Positions 8,850 through 17,521 of a stretch of 32,000 nt of DNA are shown one piece after another (position 1 is the stretch's first letter; the number at the start of each line of letters is the position of its first letter). Location: the NCBI GenBank assembly GCA_001513145.1, contig LFSP01000007.1:1-32000 (forward strand), read 5' to 3'. A program made the translations under genes and the position numbers. The DNA is from Clostridia bacterium DTU025. Lineage in GTDB: Bacteria; Bacillota; DTU025. The notes under the pieces are model-generated. The model was not told the DNA's origin and searched no databases. It worked only from the letters and a program-made list of their open reading frames with translations.

Positions 8850-9518
8850 TCAGTCGCCGATCTCGAACTCGATGGTGGTGGGGCCAGTGGCCTCCAGTGC
8901 CTCGGCCTTCGGATCGAACACTATTCTGCCGCCCCTCACGGCTATGTCGCCGGAGGAGCTCGTGCCGGTGATGACCAGCTGGCCCTCGGAATAGAGCTTG
9001 TCAGCCGTCACGTCAAGCTGCAGCGAGTCCACCTTCACCTCGCCTGACGACGTGGTGATCACCGCGGGGCCAGGCACCACCGCCCTGGATTCGTCAGGTT
9101 TCCAGATCACCTGGTCGGAACGGAGCAGCTGCTCTCCGTCCTGATGGAACACCACCCCGCCGTCCAGCACCAACTCCGCGGTTCTCGCCGCGTACTGGCC
9201 GCTGCCGGCCGTGAAGGTCATGTAAGGCTCGCCATCACGCATTATCTCCCCGTGGATGATGCCACGGACGTGGGTGGAGCTGGACCGCTGGTCTCCGACG
9301 ACGCTCACCGACTCGGCCGCGATGCGCCAGGCTGTGACGCCCGCGTCCATGCCCTGTATCACAGCGCCGTCTATCACCAGCTGCTCTCTGGGGCCCGTCC
9401 GGGGCCGCGAGTCCTCAGCCTGCTCCTCCGGCCTGTTCAGGACGAACCCGTAGACGTACAGACACGCGACGATGAGAACCGCCGCCGCCACCACTGCCCT
9501 GTGTGCCCGTGGGCTCAT
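8850..9518 (-). CDS. lptC: LptC-like LPS export periplasmic protein
   Basis: 222 aa: N-terminal TM anchor (AVVAAAVLIVACLYVYGFVL), then LptC/OstA-type fold (AWRIAAESVSV... GEIMRDGEPYMTFTAGSGQYAARTAELVLDGGVVF). Confidence 0.82.
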   Translation of the reverse strand: MSPRAHRAVVAAAVLIVACLYVYGFVLNRPEEQAEDSRPRTGPREQLVIDGAVIQGMDAGVTAWRIAAESVSVVGDQRSSSTHVRGIIHGEIMRDGEPYMTFTAGSGQYAARTAELVLDGGVVFHQDGEQLLRSDQVIWKPDESRAVVPGPAVITTSSGEVKVDSLQLDVTADKLYSEGQLVITGTSSSGDIAVRGGRIVFDPKAEALEATGPTTIEFEIGD

Positions 9519-9554
9519 CCCTATCCCTCCCGATTCCCCTGGCCGGGGTTGTCG

Positions 9555-12500
9555 CTACTTGAATATGATCCCTTCCTCCCCGAGACCGAAGCCAATCGGC
9601 ATGCCTGGCAGAGCCTTGAGCCTGAACTCCAACCACACCCTTCCGGTGGTGTGCTGGTACATGAGGGACACCTCGCGGCAGTGAAGGTCCTTCGTGATGC
9701 CTATGTCACCCCTGATGATGCCACCCTTCACTACGTCGTATATGCCCGCCCACTGCAGCCTCCAGTCAGACCCCAGCTTCAGGCTGGCCGAGCTCTCAAA
9801 CCTGGTCATCTTGGAATCCGTGAGGTCGTAATTGAACCCCGCCTTCAGCTCCAGGTCAGGCGCGGGCGACGCCGTCACCTTCAAGGTGGCGGTATTGTGG
9901 CTATTGAACGAAGGATAGAACCTGCCCGTTGCCTCCACGGTCACGCCCTTCCACACGGCGGCCGAGGCGCTGGCGGTCACAGCCCCAAAGGTGCCTGTAA
10001 GGAAGTCGTACGACGCGCCCGCAGTCAGCCGGAATCGGCCCACTGACGATGTCAGCGAGGCCGACACGGAACTGGACTCCGACATCTGGTCGAACCGGAA
10101 GGGCGAGTGGCCCTCCGTCACGGAACCGGAGTAGGTCAGCCTCAGTTGCGCCCAGTCCGCCGGGATCACGGTGGCGCTAGCGGTGAAGCTGGCGCCGGCG
10201 CGGGAGGCATCCTCGAACGAGTAGATGCTACCCCTGGCCGAAGCCGAGGCGTCAAGGCGCAGCCACGAGGCCGGCCTCAGGGTGTTCAGGCTCAACGACG
10301 CCTCCGCTTCGCCCTTGGACGACGCCACCTCCGTGAGCACGCCGTCGCGAATGGAGTCTTCCCTGTAAACGCCGAACAGGAGCTTCGCGCCTGCCGTCAC
10401 CGGGAGATTCCCGATCTTCAGCTGCGACACGCTGGCCGTGAGCTCCGGGGCCCTGCGCAGCTGGCGAAAGGGTGGAGGCGTGCTTCCCTCGCCCGATTCA
10501 TCGTCGCCCTCCTCATCTATGTGGATCTGCTCCTGAAAGAGGGCGGTGTAGGTTATTCCGCTGACCGAGGCGTTGGCCGCAGCTCTGATGTTCACCACGT
10601 TCTGCTTGACCTCATCCCCCACGCGGTTCAGCCTGTAGGAGCCGTCGGCCGTGAGCCTGATCACGTCGGCGACGGTGGAGGAATGCCTCAGGGTGGCGGT
10701 GGTAAGAACCGAGTCGGCGGCTGAATCGGTACGCCTGTGGGAGAAGGAGAAGTCCGACGTGCCCTTGGCCACGCGCCGCTGAAGCGAGAGGGAGTACGTG
10801 CGCTCCTCCGAGGGAGTGCCCAGCGATACGTAGTCCCGGTAGGTGTACCCGCCGCCCAGCGATAGCCCATCCTCGGGCTGAGCCTTCAGCCCCAGCTGGA
10901 GGGTGGTGTCCACTGAGGACGTGGATCTGTTGAAGAGCTCATACGCCGAGAGGTCGAGCTCGGCCCGGTCGAACCCTAGCCTGTGGGAGATGCCCATAGC
11001 GGGGCCAAGGAGCTGAAAGTAGTCCAAGAGGAGCTTGCCCCGGGAGTTCTCGTTCACGGAGTAGTTGGTGACGGTGCGTATGTACCAGCCCTCCCTCACG
11101 CCCCAGCCGATCTTGGGAAGTTCGAAGCCTTCGTCTTCCTTCAGCGGTATCGTGAGTTTGGGAAGCCTCGCCAGCCTGAGCTGGCCCTCGTAGTACAACA
11201 CCCCGTGCAGCACCACCCTGTCGTCCACGTAGAAGTCAAGGGCCTCCACTTCCAGCCTGTAATGGGGCTGCTCCAGCTCGCACGAGGTGATGCTGGCGTG
11301 CTCAAGGTGGAAATCCTCACCCTGGCGCGACAGCACGTCTCCAGATACGTAAAGGTAACCCTCCACCTGCTGCACCGAGAGCTTCGCGCGGGCCCCGTGC
11401 ACCTTCACGTCGCCTGTGGCCAGGTCCAAGGTGGCCGCATCGCCCCGAAGCTCCTCCGACCCCTCTATGATCACGACGTTCCCGGTGAACGTGGCGGTCT
11501 TCAGGTTGACATACATCTCTGCGCTGTCGGAGCGGATCACGGTGTCATCGAAGGACGTTTCCACTCCTCCCCAGGCTGTCCATAGCCCATCGCTGCCGTC
11601 GTAGACTATGTGCTCGGCGCGTATCCTCACCAGGGTGGTTCCTGAGCTAGCCGCCGCAGACGCCCCACTTGGAAGGGCCAGGCCCGCCGCGCACAGCAGG
11701 AGGGCAACCAGCGCAAGCGCCGCGACGCCCCGGCGCCTCGTCCTGCGCCGCCATTCGGCGCCTCGAAGGAGAGTCACCCCCAGCGCCAGGAAGGCCGAGT
11801 TGGGAAGCCACGCCGCCACAAGGGGCGGGATGGTACCCTTGATCCCCAGCGACCTGCAGACAGCCGAGAACACGTAGTACGCCAGCGCCAGCACGGATGC
11901 CGCCACAACACCGAAGTAGCCGCCTGCGTGGCGCGGCGACTTGGTGACCAGGGGCGCGCCCACCACCGCGAACACCAGCGCCGCGAAGGGCTGGGCCACC
12001 TTCAGGTGGTACTCCACCTCAAGGCCGCTCACCCGGACGCCGCTGCGCCGGAAGAGGTCGATGTGGCGCGCGAGCTCCTGCCGGGTCATCTCGGAGGGCT
12101 CCTTCTGGCTGGACGTGAATCCCTCCATGGTCTCGTCCATTGGCACGGTCAGGGTGTCGAAGGAAATGGCCATGGTCACCTGGCCCTCGCGGTCTAGCTC
12201 GTGGATATGTCCGTCTTCCAAGACCCAGCTGCCCTGCTGCACCCTGCCGCGGGCGGCGGTGAGCAGGCGCGGGAAGGTCGAGGATCCGGTCTCGTAGATC
12301 ATGACCCGGCTGATGGTGCCCGCGTCCCTGTTCACCTGGCCCACGTAGAAGTACCTGTCGCCAGGGGCCTTGAAGAACACGTCCTGTTCCACGGCGGGCA
12401 TCGCCTCACCGAACACGATCTCCCTGAATATCCTCTGGGACTCGTGGTTCGCCCTGGGGACGATCTCCTCGCCCAGGGTGAACAGGCCGCCGCTTATGGC

Positions 12501-12824
12501 CACGCCCAGCACCACCAGGGGAAGGGCGAGCCTGGCGAAGGACACGCCGGCGGCTCGGATGGTGTCGAGCTCGGAATCCTTGGCGAGGCGCCCGAGGCCC
12601 AGCATGGTGGCGAATAACACCGCGATGGGCCCCGCTTCAAGCACGATGCCCGGCAGGCTGTAGACGAGCATGCGCACCACAGCCAGCACGGGCACCTTTC
12701 TCTGCACTATGAAGTCGACCAACATGAACAGCTGGCCGCTGAGGATTATGATCACAAAGGCTGAAATGGACATCGCGAGGGGCCCAAGAAACTCGCGCAC
12801 AACGTATCTGTCGAGAATCCTCAT
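9555..12824 (-). CDS. Fusion protein: N-terminal LptF/LptG (YjgP/YjgQ) permease plus internal signal-peptide-like segment plus LptD/OstA-like beta-barrel
   Basis: Single uninterrupted ORF (1095 aa from 12842; ATG at 12824 has the better RBS, GAGGGG). Residues ~1-363 match YjgP/YjgQ (MRILDRYVVREFLGPL... ELDTIRAAGVSFARL... KSPRHAGGYFGVVAASVLALAYYVFSAVCRSLG). Then RRRTRRRGVAALALVALLLCAAGLALPSGASA-AA, then LptD features (HASITSCELEQPHYRLEVEALDFYVDDRVVLHG; alternating beta strands; C-terminal DLHCREVSLMYQHTTGRVWLEFRLKALPG). Confidence 0.9.
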   Translation of the reverse strand: MRILDRYVVREFLGPLAMSISAFVIIILSGQLFMLVDFIVQRKVPVLAVVRMLVYSLPGIVLEAGPIAVLFATMLGLGRLAKDSELDTIRAAGVSFARLALPLVVLGVAISGGLFTLGEEIVPRANHESQRIFREIVFGEAMPAVEQDVFFKAPGDRYFYVGQVNRDAGTISRVMIYETGSSTFPRLLTAARGRVQQGSWVLEDGHIHELDREGQVTMAISFDTLTVPMDETMEGFTSSQKEPSEMTRQELARHIDLFRRSGVRVSGLEVEYHLKVAQPFAALVFAVVGAPLVTKSPRHAGGYFGVVAASVLALAYYVFSAVCRSLGIKGTIPPLVAAWLPNSAFLALGVTLLRGAEWRRRTRRRGVAALALVALLLCAAGLALPSGASAAASSGTTLVRIRAEHIVYDGSDGLWTAWGGVETSFDDTVIRSDSAEMYVNLKTATFTGNVVIIEGSEELRGDAATLDLATGDVKVHGARAKLSVQQVEGYLYVSGDVLSRQGEDFHLEHASITSCELEQPHYRLEVEALDFYVDDRVVLHGVLYYEGQLRLARLPKLTIPLKEDEGFELPKIGWGVREGWYIRTVTNYSVNENSRGKLLLDYFQLLGPAMGISHRLGFDRAELDLSAYELFNRSTSSVDTTLQLGLKAQPEDGLSLGGGYTYRDYVSLGTPSEERTYSLSLQRRVAKGTSDFSFSHRRTDSAADSVLTTATLRHSSTVADVIRLTADGSYRLNRVGDEVKQNVVNIRAAANASVSGITYTALFQEQIHIDEEGDDESGEGSTPPPFRQLRRAPELTASVSQLKIGNLPVTAGAKLLFGVYREDSIRDGVLTEVASSKGEAEASLSLNTLRPASWLRLDASASARGSIYSFEDASRAGASFTASATVIPADWAQLRLTYSGSVTEGHSPFRFDQMSESSSVSASLTSSVGRFRLTAGASYDFLTGTFGAVTASASAAVWKGVTVEATGRFYPSFNSHNTATLKVTASPAPDLELKAGFNYDLTDSKMTRFESSASLKLGSDWRLQWAGIYDVVKGGIIRGDIGITKDLHCREVSLMYQHTTGRVWLEFRLKALPGMPIGFGLGEEGIIFK

Positions 12825-12862
12825 AGCGCAAACCCCTCGCAAGTGCCCGCGGGCCTACACTG

Positions 12863-13327
12863 CTACTTGGCCCCGCCCTTCTTCAGCACGTCCTCGGTGA
12901 TGTCGATTCCGCCGAGATGAACGACGCTGTCGTCAATGACCACAGTGACGCCCTTCTCCTTGGCCACGGCGGCGATGGCGTCTTCCAGGCTCTTCTGGGC
13001 AGGCTCCAGCACAGACCTGGCGTAGTCGTTGTACTGCTTGTTGTACTGCTCCAGCAGGCTGGTCCTTTCGGCCTCGTCCTTGCCGGCGGCCTTGGCGTTC
13101 AGCTCCTCCTCGAGCTCAGCCTTCTTCTTGGCTATGCTCTCCCATGCGGCCTTCATGGCGGGGAACTCCTGGCCCACCCTGGCGCCGTTAAGCCTTCCGA
13201 TCACCACGTTCTCGCCAGCTGCGCGAAGCACGGCCATGTTGGTGACCGCCAGGCCGATTCCGACCAGAAGAGAACATAGGAACAAGGTCAACAGCGCCTT
13301 AGGCAGATTCTTAAACATCCAAGTCAT
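12863..13327 (-). CDS. OmpH/Skp-family periplasmic chaperone-like protein
   Basis: 154 aa, N-terminal hydrophobic segment, charged coiled coil (EFPAMKAAWESIAKKKAELEEELNAKAAGKDEAERTSLLEQYNKQYNDYARSVLEPAQKSLEDAIAAVAKEKGVTVVID); lies between bamA and the lpt genes. Confidence 0.82.
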   Translation of the reverse strand: MTWMFKNLPKALLTLFLCSLLVGIGLAVTNMAVLRAAGENVVIGRLNGARVGQEFPAMKAAWESIAKKKAELEEELNAKAAGKDEAERTSLLEQYNKQYNDYARSVLEPAQKSLEDAIAAVAKEKGVTVVIDDSVVHLGGIDITEDVLKKGGAK

Positions 13328-13409
13328 CCTTTCTTAAGTGCCTACTTAGCACTGAGTAGCGTACTGCTTGATTATACAACGCCGCAGGACGAGCCGCTAC
13401 ACGAAACGG

Positions 13410-15140
13410 CTAGAAGGTCTGGCCGAAACTGAAGTACAGCTGACCGCCCTGCTTGCTGATGCCGTAGTCGATCCTTATGGTACCGAGGAACGGAACGGTG
13501 AGGCGTGCGCCGATGCCGTAGCCCACCTTAGTGGCGGAGAAGTCCGGGCTATCTCCGATGTCCCAGGCCTGGCCCGCGTCGACGAACGCGACGCCCTGCA
13601 GGTTGTCGATGATCTTGAACCTGTACTCGGCGTTGGCGAAGATCATCCTGTCACCCTCGATGTCGCCGTACTTGTAGCCGCGCACGGTCTCGGCTCCGCC
13701 TAGCACGAACCTCTCCTGCTCAGGAAGGTCGGTCAGGCCCCAGCCGCCGCTGACCCTGGCAGCCAGCACGTGGCCCTCATGCACCTGCAGGTAGCCCGAG
13801 CCTTCGGCCTGCAGCTTGGTGAAGTGGTTGTCGCCGCCAAGGAGGCCGCCGGCGTACTCGATGGAGCCTGACAGGCGGTGGCCAGCCGACGGGTTCCACA
13901 GGTCGTTCCTCTCATCGTTGACTGCAGACAAGGTTATCGAGCGGGTGACGCCGCCCGGTGGTATCTCGTGGGCCATGCCAAGGTCGGCCGGGGTGTTCAC
14001 GGCGTTGTCCCACTTGAACTTCACGTACGCCCTGGTGTTCAGGGACAGCTTGGTTCCGAGGCTCACATCGGCGCCGGTGCGCCTCTGGGAGTACGGGATA
14101 GGCTCGATAGGCTCGGGGTCTTCCTCACCCTCTGCAGGTTCCGGCGTGAACTTCTTGTCCGCTGTCCTGTTGTACAGGTTCAGGCCCAGCGACATCTTGC
14201 CCGTCTTGCCCAGCCACGGCTCGTAGAAGCCCAGCTCGTAGTTGGCCCTGCCCATGCCGAACTCGGCCTTGACGTTGATGGTCTGGGCGTTGCCGAGGAA
14301 GTTCTCATCTCCAAGCTGCAGGTAGCCCATGATCCCCGTGGCCGAGCTGTAGCTGAGGTTCATGTTGGCCACGCCGGTCTTCCTTTCAGTGAAAACGTAC
14401 GTCACCGCGAACTCGGGCCTTCCCTGGATAGGCTCCACCCTGGCCTGAACGTCCTCGAACGCCCCCAGCATGTAGAGGGCCCTACGGTCGTTGTTGATCG
14501 TGGTGACGTTTATGACCTCGCCCTCTTTGAGGGTGATGGTGCGCCTGGCCACCGCGGGCTTGGTCTTCTCCAGGCCCTCAAGGCGTATCTCGGCCACCGT
14601 CCATTCCACGAAGTTCACCTGAAGCTCGGCATCGTCGCCGAGCACCGGCTCAATGCTGACCCAGTAGCCCTTGTCGCTGTACAGCTTCGACAGCTTCTCC
14701 AGGTCTGATCTGAGTGTTGCCGCGTTCAGCTGCTCCCCAGCCTTGGTCTCCATCACGGCGAGGAGCTCCCCCGTGGGCACCTGTTGGTTGCCGGCCAGCC
14801 TCACGTCCTTCAGCACCGGGAACTCCCTGACGAAGAAGATGAGCTTGTAGCCGTCGAGGTGCGGGACGGTATTGGCGCTGAGCTCCATGAACCAGCCCAT
14901 CCTGTCGAGCCTGGCGAAGGTCTCGTTCACCGCCTGCTCGGTGATGTCGTCACCGATCTTCAAAGTAATCTGTTCCAGAATGAGGTCGGTATCTACTTGG
15001 CTGTTCCCCTGCACTTCAACGGCGGTGAGCTTGCCCAGCGGCTTGGTCTGGGCAAGAGCGCCAGGAGCAGCAACCAATACCATCGCGATCAGGATCGCCA
15101 CCGCGATGCTGCAAGACTTTCCGGCACGGAATGAGTTCAT
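13410..15140 (-). CDS. bamA: Outer membrane protein assembly factor BamA (POTRA domains plus Omp85 barrel)
   Basis: ATG at 15140 with strong RBS (GGGAGGGAG); signal peptide MNSFRAGKSCSIAVAILIAMVLVAAPGALA; about three POTRA-like units; Omp85 C-terminal features (VRGYKYGDIEGDRMIFANAEYRF, AFVDAGQAW, GYGIGARLTVPFLGTIRIDYG, terminal LYFSFGQTF). Confidence 0.92.
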   Translation of the reverse strand: MNSFRAGKSCSIAVAILIAMVLVAAPGALAQTKPLGKLTAVEVQGNSQVDTDLILEQITLKIGDDITEQAVNETFARLDRMGWFMELSANTVPHLDGYKLIFFVREFPVLKDVRLAGNQQVPTGELLAVMETKAGEQLNAATLRSDLEKLSKLYSDKGYWVSIEPVLGDDAELQVNFVEWTVAEIRLEGLEKTKPAVARRTITLKEGEVINVTTINNDRRALYMLGAFEDVQARVEPIQGRPEFAVTYVFTERKTGVANMNLSYSSATGIMGYLQLGDENFLGNAQTINVKAEFGMGRANYELGFYEPWLGKTGKMSLGLNLYNRTADKKFTPEPAEGEEDPEPIEPIPYSQRRTGADVSLGTKLSLNTRAYVKFKWDNAVNTPADLGMAHEIPPGGVTRSITLSAVNDERNDLWNPSAGHRLSGSIEYAGGLLGGDNHFTKLQAEGSGYLQVHEGHVLAARVSGGWGLTDLPEQERFVLGGAETVRGYKYGDIEGDRMIFANAEYRFKIIDNLQGVAFVDAGQAWDIGDSPDFSATKVGYGIGARLTVPFLGTIRIDYGISKQGGQLYFSFGQTF

Positions 15141-15273
15141 CGATCTCCCTCCCACGTGTGGCCCCAAGACGCCGCATTCGAAAATGACGAACAACGAACG
15201 ACGGCGCACGGAGGCGCTGAACGTCATAGCAATGATCCCTCAGTAATTCCTTATCTTGTTCGCCTTACACTGG

Positions 15274-17376
15274 TCAGTTCCTGCCGATGTTCCACGGCAT
15301 CGAATCGATCCAGGAGGCAAGCTGGTCTAGGACATATTGACGCACACGGGACCCGATAAGTTTCGCAAGCAGGTCACCTTGTGCGGAAAAGTCGCCGGCA
15401 GGCTGGCCATCCTGGCCCGCTGCCTTCGCAAGCTCGAGCTGGATGTCGCCGAGCTCCCCGAAGGCGGTGACCAGAACGTCGTCGCCGCCCAGGCTCTCGA
15501 CGATGGTCAGCGCGAACCGCGGCGCGGCGCCGGGCTCCATCGTCGCCTGCCCGCCCAGGACGCGGAGGGTTTGCCCGGAGACCGCGATCTGCCCCTCGCC
15601 AAGGCCCACCTGGCCTTCGAAGGTGGGGTTGCGCAGGCTCCCCGCCACACGCACCTCCGAGCCTGGCATCACCTCAGCCCAGGTTTCTCCCCGCTCCACC
15701 GTGAGAGCCTCGCCGGCCCTCAGCGTGACGTCGACGGCGATGTCTGGAATGGTCGGCACGGAGGAGAAGCCGGCCGTCACGGCGTCGATGGTACCGTCTC
15801 CGACGGTTATCGCTCCGGCCACTGAGCCCTGGGCGTAGGAAAGGCTGGCATCAACCACGGCGTTCAGGAGCTGATGGGACAGGCTGACTTGGCCGGCCTC
15901 AAGGCTCCAACAGTCGCCAGCTCCTTCGACTCTGACACTGCCCCCGCCGAAGTCCGCCTGAAGCGTTGCAGAGCCCAGAGCGATGGTTGGATCAGGCTCG
16001 TGGCCCGCCTGAGCAGCCGCGGCTCCTCCGTCGAACTTCAGTGAGCCACGCACCTTCGAGAACGTGCCCTCAACGCCCTCCACCTCCAGCTCGCCGTCGG
16101 CCAGCTGGAGCTCGCCTGCGAGCCCGGAGGCGTCCACTTTCAGCTGGGCCCTCCAATCCAGCCACCCTCGGACCATCTCCGCCGATGCGCCGGCCCCGCT
16201 TTCAGGCAGCAGGGGTCTTGCGGCGTCCAAGATCCGGTCCAGGCCGGTCTTGCCCCCGTCCAGGCGCGCGAGGCCCGACTCTCCGTCGTATCTGACGTCC
16301 GCCCGTAGCTTCCAGTCTTCAAGTTCAATGGAATCCCACTTGAGGGACGAGACCTCCACGTCGCCGCCAGCCTGCACCAGCGGCCTGCCGCCCTTCAGCC
16401 GGGCGTCAAGCTCTCCGACGAAGCCCAGCTCCGCGTGGCCCTCTGGGCCCGTGATGCGCATGTCGAGCCTGTCGTCAGAGGACTCGCTCAGCTTGAGCGC
16501 TCCCTGGACAGTCAACCCGCCTCCACCTGCGACATCGAACCGCACGTCAGCGGCGGCCAGAGACTCAAGCCCGAGGGGCAGGCGCAGCTGCACGGCCCCC
16601 TCAAGCTGCCACTGGCTTGCAGCGATGCTCGCCGTGTCAACCGCCAGGATGAAGCCGCCCTCGCCGGACCGAGCCTGATCCAGAGCCAGTTCGGCGCTGC
16701 GCACCGCCACAGGCCCGAACCGATGGGTCACAATGACGCAGTCGTACAGGCCGATCGGAGCGTTCCACCCCGCCAGGTAGCTCGACCCGCCGCGCGCGCC
16801 AACGTTCTTCGGCTGCTTCTTCGGCGCTGCGGGCCCGGCGCCGGCGTCGGCCCGTGCGCCGTCGGATCCCCCGGCCTCAGTCGAGGCCACCGACGCCGCC
16901 ACTCCCGCATCCGCCAGCCTCCGGCCCAGGGCATACAGTTGGTCCTCGTGGCCGCGGAACCCGTGGAGGTCCACCCTGACCACGCTGGCCAGAGGGTCGA
17001 CCCTCCCGGAGATGAAGTCCGCCAGGTCGTACGTGATGGCAACCGTGTCGACGCTGATGCCGCCGTGAGCGCCCCGGCCACCGTGACCGCCCTGGCGGCC
17101 CTCGGCGCAGGCCTTGCCGCCGTCACCAGCTTCGATGGTGACGCCTTTCAGCTTGAGCTGGCGACCGTCGATCACCGCCACCTCAGCGACGTCAACCTCC
17201 GCGCCACCCAACAGCGCAGACAGCACTGACTCAGCCGCCACCGCGCCCAGCCACGTTCTATTCTTCACGATACACGCGCCGGCTGCAACTGCCAACACAA
17301 GCAGCGTCAGGCACACGATGCGCCCTCGCCTCATCCGCATCACCACGATCCTACATACGCGACACGCGCCCCACAT
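15274..17376 (-). CDS. TamB/AsmA-like translocation and assembly module protein
   Basis: 700 aa, N-terminal TM, long beta-rich middle; C-terminal TamB-like GSLRNPTFEGQVGLGEGQIAVSGQTLRVLGGQATMEPGAAPRFALTIVE. Directly upstream of bamA. True start may be an internal Met (MRMRRGRIV or MRRGRIV). Confidence 0.75.
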   Translation of the reverse strand: MWGACRVCRIVVMRMRRGRIVCLTLLVLAVAAGACIVKNRTWLGAVAAESVLSALLGGAEVDVAEVAVIDGRQLKLKGVTIEAGDGGKACAEGRQGGHGGRGAHGGISVDTVAITYDLADFISGRVDPLASVVRVDLHGFRGHEDQLYALGRRLADAGVAASVASTEAGGSDGARADAGAGPAAPKKQPKNVGARGGSSYLAGWNAPIGLYDCVIVTHRFGPVAVRSAELALDQARSGEGGFILAVDTASIAASQWQLEGAVQLRLPLGLESLAAADVRFDVAGGGGLTVQGALKLSESSDDRLDMRITGPEGHAELGFVGELDARLKGGRPLVQAGGDVEVSSLKWDSIELEDWKLRADVRYDGESGLARLDGGKTGLDRILDAARPLLPESGAGASAEMVRGWLDWRAQLKVDASGLAGELQLADGELEVEGVEGTFSKVRGSLKFDGGAAAAQAGHEPDPTIALGSATLQADFGGGSVRVEGAGDCWSLEAGQVSLSHQLLNAVVDASLSYAQGSVAGAITVGDGTIDAVTAGFSSVPTIPDIAVDVTLRAGEALTVERGETWAEVMPGSEVRVAGSLRNPTFEGQVGLGEGQIAVSGQTLRVLGGQATMEPGAAPRFALTIVESLGGDDVLVTAFGELGDIQLELAKAAGQDGQPAGDFSAQGDLLAKLIGSRVRQYVLDQLASWIDSMPWNIGRN

Positions 17377-17521
17377 ACCTGCCTCTAGCTGGGCGTTAAT
17401 CGGGGGAAACTGGGGAACTGCTTGCCGAGCCAGGCTGAGCCCGCCTGGTATGCAAGAAAATGCCGGGGCGACGCGGAGCCCAAGCCCCGCACCGCCCCGG
17501 CATATGGCTGCAGCAGACGCG

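Noticed and set aside
9144-10046. 300-aa plus-strand ORF opposite LptC and LptD
   Set aside because: Shadow ORF; the opposing strand has well-supported lptC and LptD homology.
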